DNA of 64,000 nucleotides from an uncultured Candidatus Saccharibacteria bacterium (GTDB lineage Bacteria; Patescibacteriota; Minisyncoccia; Phycocordibacterales; UBA5272), in contig CAZJDZ010000002.1 of NCBI GenBank assembly GCA_964544935.1, positions 30,668-94,667 of the forward strand. Direction: 5' to 3'. Below the pieces are notes generated by a model. That model saw nothing but the letters and a program-made list of their open reading frames with translations. It ran no database searches and was not told where the DNA came from. Below, piece by piece: positions 8,441 to 17,606 of this stretch. The position numbers and the translations under genes were made by a program. Positions within the stretch are counted from its first letter, which is position 1; each line of letters starts with the position of its first letter.

Positions 8441-9077
8441 TGTCGCTGGATAGTCGGTAGCGTAAGCCCGTAAGGGAATCGCCTCCAACATCCTTTGCCT
8501 GCTGGTCATTCAAGGCCTGCCGGCGTCGCCGCGACGTTGAGCGGCGGGGTCACCTGACCTTGCCGCGACAGTACCTTCCACAACGGCAACCGTCGGTCTC
8601 GCGACCACGCTAGCCACAACCCAAGGAGAGAGACCATGAACCGTCTGACCCATGCCCCGCCGACCAGTACCCATCTGAGTCATACCTCCGGCACCAAGAT
8701 CCTGGGCCTGTCCGCCTGCACCTCCGCCAAGCTGGCCGCCGCCGGCGCCCGAACGCCGGCCTCCGGCATCAGCTGACCGGTCGCGTTGGCCAAGCACATC
8801 GTCGCAGGCGGCTCATTGAAAGCGTTGTGAACTCTGTTCACTCCACTTGTCTTTGGCCGCCTGCGCGATGAACTCGCCGCACTGCGCGCGCTGCTTGCGT
8901 GCCACGGCCTCAGGTGGTCTGCCTCGAGACATCTGTAGGCGGTCCGCGGCGAGTGTCTCCGCCCCCCGAAGCCCATCTCGGCGGGGTAACCTCGGAGCTA
9001 GTTAACTTAGGACTAGCGTCATTCCGAAAGACCTGAAAGACTAAGTCTCCCCGAACCGCAAGGTTCGGGGGGTTTTT
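8441..9077 (+). ncRNA. candidate large structured transcript containing a 46-codon sORF
   Basis: Promoter TTGACA(8407)-N16-TATACT with TG; many nested GC-rich stems; terminator 9049-9077. Confidence 0.5.
8636..8776 (+). CDS. small ORF, 46 aa (MNRLTHAPPTSTHLSHTSGTKILGLSACTSAKLAAAGARTPASGIS)
   Basis: SD AAGGAG inside a leader homologous to that of 7720; strong C/G third-position bias. Confidence 0.6.
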   Translation: MNRLTHAPPTSTHLSHTSGTKILGLSACTSAKLAAAGARTPASGIS

Positions 9078-9101
9078 ATTTTTATGGTAGAGTTTATATA
9101 T

Positions 9102-10415
9102 ATGTTTTCATTTTTTATACAACAAGGTTTACGTCTGCGCGGTCTGAATACGTCTGCGCGGTCTGTATCTAGTCGGGTGTATTTGGATAATGCTGGGGCG
9201 ACAGAGGTAGGAGAGCGCGCGAAGCGCGCTCTCCTAGAATCACTCGACGTATACGGCAACCCCTCAGGTATTCACAAAGAGGGGACAGAGGCAAGCGTGT
9301 TACTTGATAAAGCACGCGCACTCTGTGCAACAGTGATCAACGCACATGCATATGAGGTGTATTTCACTTCATCTGGTACAGAGTCATGTAATCTTGCAAT
9401 CCTCGGAACCTATGATGCATTTGCTACAAACTACAAACTACAAACTACAGGCTTAGCCGCACTCCCTCACATCATTGTTTCTTCTATTGAGCACCCTGCA
9501 GTTCTCGAACCTGTTCGAAGATTGGAGAAAGCGGGGAAGATTCGAGTGATCTATCTTCCAGTATATGAAGATGGAATAGTAAAGGTGAATGATCTTATAG
9601 AAGCACTTACTGACGAAACTATCTTGGTAAGTGTTATGTATGCTAATAATGAAATTGGGACACTGCAACCTATTAAAGAAATTGGTCGAGCGATAGAAAA
9701 CTGGAAACGTGAGAAAAACCTTCCACACACTGCATATCCATATTTTCATACTGATGCATGTCAGGCAGCAAATTACTGCAATCTAGATGTGCTCCGACTT
9801 AAGGCTCATATGATGACTGTTAATAGTAGTAAGGTATATGGTCCGAAAGGGTCTGCATTTCTGTACAAACGTGAAGGAGTAAAACTTTCTCCGCTATCAC
9901 ATGGTGGTGGGCAAGAGCGTACACTTCGTAGTGGGACAGAAAATGTTGCGAGTGCGTATGCATTTGGAGTTGCGCTTACTGAGGCTCAAAATATGAGAGA
10001 AGAAGAAAGTGCGCGCTTGCGCGCGCTTCGTGACGAGACAGTTGCGTCACTAAAAAGTTCAATCCCCTCAATTATTTTCTACGGAGCATTTGATGAGTAT
10101 TTTGAATTGCTACCAGCTACTAGTCAAAAGCTAAAGGCTGTCCAACGTCTCCCAAATAACATCAACTGTCGAGTACCGGGTATCTCAAGTGAGGAGATGA
10201 TTCTTCGTCTTGATGCACAAGGGTTCGCTGTCTCACATAAGTCAGCTTGTGCGTCTATGGAAACTGATGGCAGTTATGTGGTTACAGCACTTGGTGCAAC
10301 AGAAGATGAAGCCCGTGAAAATATTCGTATTAGTATGGGAAGGAGTACAACAAAAAAAGATATGGAAAAATTTGTGAAAGCAGTACAAGACATAGCTAGT
10401 AAATACAAAAAATAA
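9102..10415 (+). CDS. iscS: cysteine desulfurase (IscS/NifS family)
   Basis: YLDNAGAT, SSGTES.N, IEHPAV, HTDACQA, SSKVYGPKG, RSGTEN, SAC motif; start uncertain (9084 or 9102). Confidence 0.9.
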   Translation: MFSFFIQQGLRLRGLNTSARSVSSRVYLDNAGATEVGERAKRALLESLDVYGNPSGIHKEGTEASVLLDKARALCATVINAHAYEVYFTSSGTESCNLAILGTYDAFATNYKLQTTGLAALPHIIVSSIEHPAVLEPVRRLEKAGKIRVIYLPVYEDGIVKVNDLIEALTDETILVSVMYANNEIGTLQPIKEIGRAIENWKREKNLPHTAYPYFHTDACQAANYCNLDVLRLKAHMMTVNSSKVYGPKGSAFLYKREGVKLSPLSHGGGQERTLRSGTENVASAYAFGVALTEAQNMREEESARLRALRDETVASLKSSIPSIIFYGAFDEYFELLPATSQKLKAVQRLPNNINCRVPGISSEEMILRLDAQGFAVSHKSACASMETDGSYVVTALGATEDEARENIRISMGRSTTKKDMEKFVKAVQDIASKYKK

Positions 10416-10505
10416 ACTGCATGTCACAGTTCTTGACATGTTTCTAAACATAAGTAGTATTAAGATATTCTTGTTTGTTAGTAGTTTCTTGAACTGGAGG
10501 CCAGT

Positions 10506-10994
10506 ATGGTCCTTGAAGACTATGAAGGATATTCGGTATCTCAATTTGCAAGAGTGCTTTGGCGCGCCCTCTTTGAATATTACGAAGCTTTAGAAACAAG
10601 AAGTCAGAAGTTCTTTTACCTAGAAGGTGTCGATCCACTTGATGGTAAGACCCCAGGGGAGTCGATACGAGTATTGTATCTTGGGCTTAAGACAGATGAA
10701 GCTCGCGATAACTTTGTTTACGCTATCAAGGAGCTCCTTGAGACAAGACTGCATATGTCAGTGAGTGAGCTTTTCCAAGATATTCTTTGTGTTACTTTTG
10801 ATCTGCGGCGCCATGAGTTACTTGTGCCACTTGCCAAGTGTTTCTGTAGGCGTCAAAGTGACACCGATACACAGAAACTTGTGATTCTAACAAAAATACT
10901 TTTGATTATCGGAGCTATGCGTGAGCATCCCTCTGCACAAAAAGCAGTAAGGATTCTAAAAAAAGCATCAAAGACTTTTGCTAAGCAGACATAA
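10506..10994 (+). CDS. hypothetical protein (orphan)
   Basis: SD GGAGG, promoter TTGACA 10433, hairpin plus U-tract near 11031-11062. Confidence 0.75.
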   Translation: MVLEDYEGYSVSQFARVLWRALFEYYEALETRSQKFFYLEGVDPLDGKTPGESIRVLYLGLKTDEARDNFVYAIKELLETRLHMSVSELFQDILCVTFDLRRHELLVPLAKCFCRRQSDTDTQKLVILTKILLIIGAMREHPSAQKAVRILKKASKTFAKQT

Positions 10995-11125
10995 TACATG
11001 TACTAGGCTAAAGAGCAGTACAAAGTAAGCACCCTAACCTTTTGGTTGGGGTTCTCTTTTTTATAAGTCTACTAAAAGTAGATATGATATACTTTTTGTA
11101 TTATTGATAACTAAACTACTATAGT

Positions 11126-11686
11126 ATGTATATTGCAAAAGATTTTTCACATTTGCTTGGTCTTACTGGATTAAGTGATGCGCTCCTCAATAATCACTTC
11201 ACTCTGTATCAAGGGTATGTGACAAACACCAATAAGTTGATTGAGCTTCTAAAAGATAAAGAAGCAGGGACACCAGAATATGCAGAACTTCATCGTCGTT
11301 TTGGGTGGGAATGGAATGGCATGAGACTTCATGAGCTTTACTTTGAAAATATTTCTAAGAATCATGTTCCATTAAGTGAGCGTACGCTTAAGCAGAAGAT
11401 AGAAGGCACATGGGGATCGGTAGAAAACTGGGAAAAAGAATTCAGGGGTATGGCTGCTATGCGTGGTATTGGTTGGGTGGTACTTGCTCATGATAAAAAA
11501 GATGGAAAGCTCTTCAACATCTGGGTAGGGGAACATGATGAAGGGTACCTTGCAGGACTTACACCGCTTCTTGTTATGGATGTATTTGAACATGCGTTTA
11601 TGCTTGATTATGGTATTAAGCGTGCAGACTACATCAATACATTCATGTCATCAATTGATTGGCATGTGGTGGAGGAGCGAGTGTAA
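11126..11686 (+). CDS. Fe/Mn superoxide dismutase
   Basis: HFTLYQGY, LHELYF, GIGW and DVFEHAF ligand motifs. Confidence 0.92.
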   Translation: MYIAKDFSHLLGLTGLSDALLNNHFTLYQGYVTNTNKLIELLKDKEAGTPEYAELHRRFGWEWNGMRLHELYFENISKNHVPLSERTLKQKIEGTWGSVENWEKEFRGMAAMRGIGWVVLAHDKKDGKLFNIWVGEHDEGYLAGLTPLLVMDVFEHAFMLDYGIKRADYINTFMSSIDWHVVEERV

Positions 11687-12028
11687 CAGAACGCAGACTT
11701 TGCAGACTACTGCAGACGTAATACATAAGTTAAAAGCGGCGCCGTAGGTGCCGCTTTTATTTGTCATTTTATATTGATTTGTCAAGTTGACTATCATGCC
11801 ATAATTTGAGAATGTAAAGATACCTACTCAGTAAAAGTAGGTATGGTTCTTATCCTGAAATGACTGCTTATCCACCACGACTGCTAGACGTTATTCTGCT
11901 ACACTGTATATGTATTTGAAAGATATAGTTCGTCCGTTTTGTAGTAATTATGTATTAGTAGTTTGTGTTTACTTTATTAGATTTTTTGAATCAGCTAATG
12001 CCTAAAGGCTACAACCTAATAGTTATCT

Positions 12029-14746
12029 ATGCCTCCATCATTTAATAATTTCACCACCAAAGCAAAAGAGGTAATTCGTCGTGCACATGAGCTTGCAATT
12101 GAGCGTGGGCAAAATCAAGTGAACCCACTTCATTTGATGGGCGCACTCCTAACACAAGAAGAATCTCTTGTGCACGCAATCCTTGAAAAACTAGAAATCG
12201 ATATCATTCACCTTACTGATAGTATTGTGGATGCAATTGAAGTTCCTGGATCATCTGCAACCATGAGTCAGTCATACCAGATGTATCTCACACCGGAACT
12301 TGCAACCACGCTTGAAACATCTCTTAAAGTTGCGCAGTCATTTAACGATGAGTTTGTTTCAACTGAACATCTTTTCCTTGCACTCCTTGAATCAACAGGA
12401 CAAGTTCGTGAGATACTCGCACGTTTTCGCATTGATAGAGATGCTGCGTACCATGTTCTTGAAGAACTCCGTACTCAAAATATTTCTGAAGCACAAGGCC
12501 CAAAGAAAAATAAAGCACTTCAGAAGTACACACGTAACTTCACTGACCTAGCTAGACAGGACAAGCTTGATCCTGTGATTGGTCGTGATACTGAGATCAT
12601 GCGTCTTATGCAGATTCTTTCTCGACGTACTAAGAACAATCCGATTCTCATCGGAGAAGCAGGAACAGGTAAAACTGCTGTTGTAGAAGGTCTAGCTATC
12701 CGTATGGCAAAAGGGGATGTGCCAGAGAGTTTGAAAGGAAAAGAACTTGTATCACTTGACCTTGGGACACTTATCGCAGGGACGAAGTTCCGTGGAGAGT
12801 TTGAAGAGCGTTTGAAAGCAATCATGAAAGAAATTGAACGATCAGAAGGGCAGTTTATTCTTTTTATTGATGAGATTCATACTATTGTAGGAGCGGGGGC
12901 AACAGAAGGGTCAGCGGATGCTGCCAACCTTCTCAAGCCAGCGCTTTCTCGTGGAGAACTTCGTGCAATCGGGGCAACGACTCTCAAAGAATACCAGAAG
13001 CATATTGAAAAAGATCCTGCTCTTGCTCGTCGTTTCCAACCTGTGTTTGTAGAAGAGCCTTCTGAAGTGGATGCTCTTGCAATCCTTCGTGGACTGAAGG
13101 AAAAGTATGAACTTTTCCATGGGGTACGTATTACTGATGATGCGCTTGTCTCAGCGGTAAATCTTTCTACTCGGTATATCACATCTCGTTTTCTTCCAGA
13201 TAAGGCAATAGATCTTATCGACGAAGCAGCGTCATCACTTCGTATTGCTCTTGAAAATAAACCTCCTGTGCTTGAGGATGCTCATCGCAGAATTATGCGT
13301 CTTGAAATTGAAAAAGAAGCCCTTAGTAAGGAGCTTATTGCAGATGAAGATAAGGAAGATGTGGTAACAACCAAGAAGCGCATCGCAACAATTGATGAAG
13401 AAATTGCAAACGTCAAAGAAAGAACTCGCGAACTCGAACTCAAGTGGAAGAATGAAAAAAAGACGGTTTCAGAAATTAGTGAGATTAAGAAATCTCTCGA
13501 ATCTCTTCGTCTTGAAGCAGAGAGTGCAGAACTCCGTGCAGATCTTACTCGTGTTGCTGAAATTAGATATGGTCAGATTCCCGAACTCACTCGTGAGCTT
13601 CATGATCGCCTCGAACGTCTCAAGAAACTTCAGAAGACTCGCAGAATTCTTAAAGAAGAAGTTACTGAAGAAGAGATTGCATCTGTAGTTGCGCGTTGGA
13701 CAGGCATTCCTGTAGTGAAGATGCTTGAAGAAGAGGAAGAAAAACTTTCTCGTATGGAAGAAGAGTTGGGTAAGCGTGTGATTAGCCAGCGTGATGCAAT
13801 TACAAAAATAAGTGGTGCTGTACGAAGAAGTCGTGCAGGTATCAATGATCCAGGGCGGCCAATCGGATCATTCATGTTCCTTGGTCCTACTGGAGTAGGA
13901 AAGACAGAGCTCACCAAGGCACTTGCTTCATTTATGTTTAACGATGAGAAAGCGTTGATCAAAGTAGATATGAGTGAATACATGGAGAAGCACTCAACTT
14001 CAAAACTTATCGGTTCACCTCCAGGGTACGTTGGGTATGACGAATCAGGGCAGCTTACAGAAGCGGTCCGTCATAGACCATACGCTGTGATTCTCTTTGA
14101 CGAAGTAGAGAAGGCTCACCCAGAGGTGTTTAATCTACTTCTGCAGGTACTTGATGAAGGACGTCTTACTGATAGTAAGGGTCGTGTTGTTAACTTCAAG
14201 AATACGATTATCATCATGACTTCGAATATTGGAAGTCAGTATATTCAGAAGATGGAACAAATTGGATTTTCTCAGATGACAGAAGGCGGTGAATATACTC
14301 AGGTCAAAGATCGTGTTATGGAGGCTGTGAAGGAGTTCTTTAAACCAGAATTTTTGAACCGTCTTGATGAGACAATTATCTTCGATGTTCTTTCTAAGGA
14401 TGAGATTAAACAAATTGTTGGACTACAAGTTGATGCGTTAGCAAAACGTCTTCTTGAAAAAGAAATCATCCTTGAAGTGACACCGGATGCAATTGCACAT
14501 ATCGGTGAGAAGTCTTACGACCCACACTATGGTGCGCGACCTATCAAGCGATTTATGCAGACCCATATCTTAAACAGAATCGCATCTCTTATGCTTTCTA
14601 AAAAGTTTATGAAAGGGAGTATCGCAGAAGTATCACTTGATAAGAAAGGGGAGATTGCTGTAGAGGCAAAGAAGCCTCGCAAGATCCCAAGTCCTATGAG
14701 TAGCGAGCTTCATCAAGCAAGTTCTGGAAAGGAAGCAAAGAAATAA
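12029..14746 (+). CDS. clpB: ATP-dependent chaperone ClpB
   Basis: Clp N-domain, two AAA+ modules ([16 protein letters not shown]), long middle coiled-coil domain. Confidence 0.93.
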   Translation: MPPSFNNFTTKAKEVIRRAHELAIERGQNQVNPLHLMGALLTQEESLVHAILEKLEIDIIHLTDSIVDAIEVPGSSATMSQSYQMYLTPELATTLETSLKVAQSFNDEFVSTEHLFLALLESTGQVREILARFRIDRDAAYHVLEELRTQNISEAQGPKKNKALQKYTRNFTDLARQDKLDPVIGRDTEIMRLMQILSRRTKNNPILIGEAGTGKTAVVEGLAIRMAKGDVPESLKGKELVSLDLGTLIAGTKFRGEFEERLKAIMKEIERSEGQFILFIDEIHTIVGAGATEGSADAANLLKPALSRGELRAIGATTLKEYQKHIEKDPALARRFQPVFVEEPSEVDALAILRGLKEKYELFHGVRITDDALVSAVNLSTRYITSRFLPDKAIDLIDEAASSLRIALENKPPVLEDAHRRIMRLEIEKEALSKELIADEDKEDVVTTKKRIATIDEEIANVKERTRELELKWKNEKKTVSEISEIKKSLESLRLEAESAELRADLTRVAEIRYGQIPELTRELHDRLERLKKLQKTRRILKEEVTEEEIASVVARWTGIPVVKMLEEEEEKLSRMEEELGKRVISQRDAITKISGAVRRSRAGINDPGRPIGSFMFLGPTGVGKTELTKALASFMFNDEKALIKVDMSEYMEKHSTSKLIGSPPGYVGYDESGQLTEAVRHRPYAVILFDEVEKAHPEVFNLLLQVLDEGRLTDSKGRVVNFKNTIIIMTSNIGSQYIQKMEQIGFSQMTEGGEYTQVKDRVMEAVKEFFKPEFLNRLDETIIFDVLSKDEIKQIVGLQVDALAKRLLEKEIILEVTPDAIAHIGEKSYDPHYGARPIKRFMQTHILNRIASLMLSKKFMKGSIAEVSLDKKGEIAVEAKKPRKIPSPMSSELHQASSGKEAKK

Positions 14747-14765
14747 TTAAGAAATAATAGTTTGT

Positions 14766-14811
14766 TAAAGCAAAAAGAGTGACGCCTACGGCGTCACTCT
14801 TTTTGCTTTAA
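14766..14811. terminator. long perfect hairpin (bidirectional terminator)
   Basis: TAAAGCAAAAAGAGTGACGC-C-TACG-G-CGTCACTCTTTTTGCTTTA. Confidence 0.8.
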
Positions 14812-14891
14812 TCTTCATTTTTTGCTAGAATATTCTGTACTGTTCTTACAAAGGTTTTTTGTATAGCTTTGTATTAGCAAGAAAAATACAT

Positions 14892-14975
14892 GCGTCGGTG
14901 GTGGAGTGGTCAATCACAACAGACTGTAAATCTGTCGCCCTTCGGGCTTCGAAGGTTCAAATCCTTCCCGGCGCA
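14892..14975 (+). tRNA. tRNA-Tyr(GTA)
   Basis: Acceptor GCGTCGG/CCGGCGC, anticodon arm ACAGA-CTGTAAA-TCTGT, variable arm GCCC-TTC-GGGC, T-loop GGTTCAAATCC. Confidence 0.96.
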
Positions 14976-15034
14976 CTGAATGAAAAATACCTAAGTAACA
15001 ACTTGGGTATTTTTCATTCAGCTCTGCCACAGAG

Positions 15035-15127
15035 GCAAGACAACTGCTTGTCTTGCGAAGGATTTGAATACGGGGTCGCGGAGCTTCTTCGACGAACGAA
15101 GTGAGGAGGAGCTCTGTGGCCAAATCC
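15035..15127 (+). repeat. tRNA-associated structured repeat, copy 4
   Basis: GCAAGACAA-CTGC-TTGTCTTGC + GAAGGATTTGAA (antisense to the tRNA-Tyr T-arm) + GGGGTCGCG...GTGGCCAAATCC. Confidence 0.85.
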
Positions 15128-15307
15128 AACACAGCATAGATTTATTACCAGTAGCATACATCTTTTGTGCCATTTTTGGATGTAAGAAGATATACTTATG
15201 TACCTGTTGTTATGCCGTAGTATCAGATACATTATACAAAAAGAAACCCGCCTAACTGCGACGGGTTCCGTGCGGTTGGCGGGTGTGTTCAGACTTGAAT
15301 GAACGGA

Positions 15308-15862
15308 TCAGACGGTGCGACGAATGGTGAACACGTCGTAGCGTTGAACTCCCAGATGGTGAACGCCTAGGGTGGTATAGTCAACCAACTTGGTTTCCTT
15401 CTGCCACTCGTAGCCTGATGGAAGAGTGTCGAGCGTCCCATCACTTGCACGTGGGTAGTTCACATCGTTCGAGTGTTCACTTTTGTCGTAATACTCCAGC
15501 AAGAGCGGACCACCAGTGGAAAGACCACCGTCACTAACGTGACCACCAGATTTGTAGTGGCCATGCGACCCCTTCCAAATCCTTATCTGGTACATCCCCC
15601 GCTTGTGGGGATCACCGTTGTGATAGGTGTCCTTCTGGTGAGGGCGGGTGATCATGATCTGGTCAAGCGGGAGCGTCTCCATGATGATGCGCCATCCGCT
15701 GGAGAGCTGGCCCTTGTTGGACTTCTGCCGAAGGGTTTCCAGCGTCCCAGTTCTCAAGACATCAGCGAGAAGCCCTGACTCGAGAACTTGCTGCGTTTGT
15801 TCTGACGAGATTTCCTTGAGCATGTCAAGGATCTTGGCTGCTTGGGCGAGGGTGGTTTTCAT
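15308..15862 (-). CDS. hypothetical GC-rich protein, 184 aa
   Basis: SD AAAGGA, promoter TTGACA at 16064, structured leader, terminator near 15240-15285. Confidence 0.8.
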   Translation of the reverse strand: MKTTLAQAAKILDMLKEISSEQTQQVLESGLLADVLRTGTLETLRQKSNKGQLSSGWRIIMETLPLDQIMITRPHQKDTYHNGDPHKRGMYQIRIWKGSHGHYKSGGHVSDGGLSTGGPLLLEYYDKSEHSNDVNYPRASDGTLDTLPSGYEWQKETKLVDYTTLGVHHLGVQRYDVFTIRRTV

Positions 15863-16279
15863 ACCAGTCCTTTACTTTCTCCGCTTAGCGGAATTATGAC
15901 GTCGCTTATGGATAGTTCCAGATCGCGGGCCAATTGGTTGCTGCTAGAGGACTTGCCTAACGGTTTCGTCATAGCAGGTAATAGCCATGTAAATCGCTAC
16001 TTTCTGCTATAACGAAACCCCTAACTCCTGGTACATATATAGCACATTTATATTAATTTGTCAATATTTTCTCCTGATTTGCTTGAACTTTTCTGCCTTT
16101 TCAATTGTTATTATCTTGTTGTATCAATAGAAGTGCTCTTATATGAGACGTTGAATAATATTTACAAGTTTGTTTCTAATTTTCGCTTGAAAAGTTGGAT
16201 ACCTAGTATCTCGATTCAATGTGATGCTAGCTCTCTAAAAAAATGCCGGAAACTACCCGTACTCAGGAGTTAGTTTTTT

Positions 16280-17548
16280 CTACTTCGAAAATGGCTTTGA
16301 GAATTTCTCCACTGTCTCACTGATTCGAAGGAGTTCGTTATATTTTGCAAGCCTCTCAGTGCGTGAAAGAGACCCTGTCTTAATTTGTCCAGCACCAGAA
16401 GCAACCGCTATATGTGCAATAGTCACATCTTCAGTCTCTCCTGATCTGTGAGAAATAATAGTGTTCATTCCGTGGCTATGAGCAAGCTCAATTGCGTCAA
16501 TAGTTTCTGAAAGTGTTCCTATTTGATTAACTTTGATCAGTACTGCATTTGCAGAGCGTTCTTCTATGCCACGTTTAATATAAATTGTATTAGTAACAAA
16601 AAGGTCATCTCCTACGAGCTGTACTACATCACCAAGATTTTCATTGAGTTTTTTCCAAGAATCCCAATCGTTCTCATCTAACCCATCTTCAATAGAAACT
16701 ATAGGGAAGTCACGCATGAGTTCGGTGAGATAGGTTATCATTTCTTTACTAGAGAGTTTTTTATTTTCACATGCAAGCGTGTAGATTCCGTTGTCATATA
16801 ATTCACTTGCTGCAATATCTAGTGCAAATGCTATATCTTTTCCAACAATAAGACCTGCCGCCTCTACGGCTTTTGTTAAAATGGTTAGTGCTTCACGATT
16901 ACTTGTTGCATTGATAAGAGGGAAACCTCCTTCATCACCTACACCACTTCCTCCACGAGCATTCATCATCTCACGAAGTTTATAAAAAACTCGAGTTGAA
17001 TATTCAAGAGCTTCCTCAAATGTTTCGCCACGAAGTGGTACAATCATCCATTCTTGAAAATCGGTCGAGTGAGGAGCATGTTTGCCACCATTTAAGACAT
17101 TGATAAGCGGAGTTGGGATAGAGGGTTCTTTTTGAAAGTTGAATTCTTCACGGAGATGCTTATGAAGGGGAATGTTTTTATGTATTGCATGAGCTTTTGC
17201 AAAGGCAAGTGAGAGTGCAAGAATTGCATTTGCTCCATAATTTGATTTATTTGGGGTTCCATCAAGTGAGATAAGATGTGCATCAAATTCTCGTTGAGAA
17301 GAAAATTCTTTTTCAAGAATAGTTGGGGTTATTTTAGTACGTATAGCAGTAAGTGCTTTTTGAACACCTTTTCCATCATAGGCAATATCTCCATCACGAA
17401 GCTCAAGTGCTTCTCGAGAGCCAGTTGATGCGCCAGATGGGACACTGGCTCTTCCTGTGCTACCATCTGCAAGCATTAGTTCTGCTTCAACAGTTGGATA
17501 TCCACGAGAATCAAGAATGGTACGAGCAAGTATTTGCGTTATTTTCAT
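16280..17548 (-). CDS. eno: enolase
   Basis: DSRGYPTVE, VPSGASTG, GDEGGF, VGDDLF, SHRSGET, RTERLAKYN. Confidence 0.98.
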   Translation of the reverse strand: MKITQILARTILDSRGYPTVEAELMLADGSTGRASVPSGASTGSREALELRDGDIAYDGKGVQKALTAIRTKITPTILEKEFSSQREFDAHLISLDGTPNKSNYGANAILALSLAFAKAHAIHKNIPLHKHLREEFNFQKEPSIPTPLINVLNGGKHAPHSTDFQEWMIVPLRGETFEEALEYSTRVFYKLREMMNARGGSGVGDEGGFPLINATSNREALTILTKAVEAAGLIVGKDIAFALDIAASELYDNGIYTLACENKKLSSKEMITYLTELMRDFPIVSIEDGLDENDWDSWKKLNENLGDVVQLVGDDLFVTNTIYIKRGIEERSANAVLIKVNQIGTLSETIDAIELAHSHGMNTIISHRSGETEDVTIAHIAVASGAGQIKTGSLSRTERLAKYNELLRISETVEKFSKPFSK

Positions 17549-17606
17549 ATGCATAAGTATACATCATCTGTGGATGCTGGTAGATGTACATGATAAACTA
17601 TAACGA

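Noticed and set aside
8774-8938. TGA recoding (genetic code 25 or 4)
   Set aside because: leuS and the lmo0937-like gene end at TGA at the expected lengths, and conserved genes have no internal TGA
7094-8976. Minus-strand ORFs (7094, 7695, 8510, 8680)
   Set aside because: Promoters, SDs and terminators are all on the plus strand; these are GC-rich shadows
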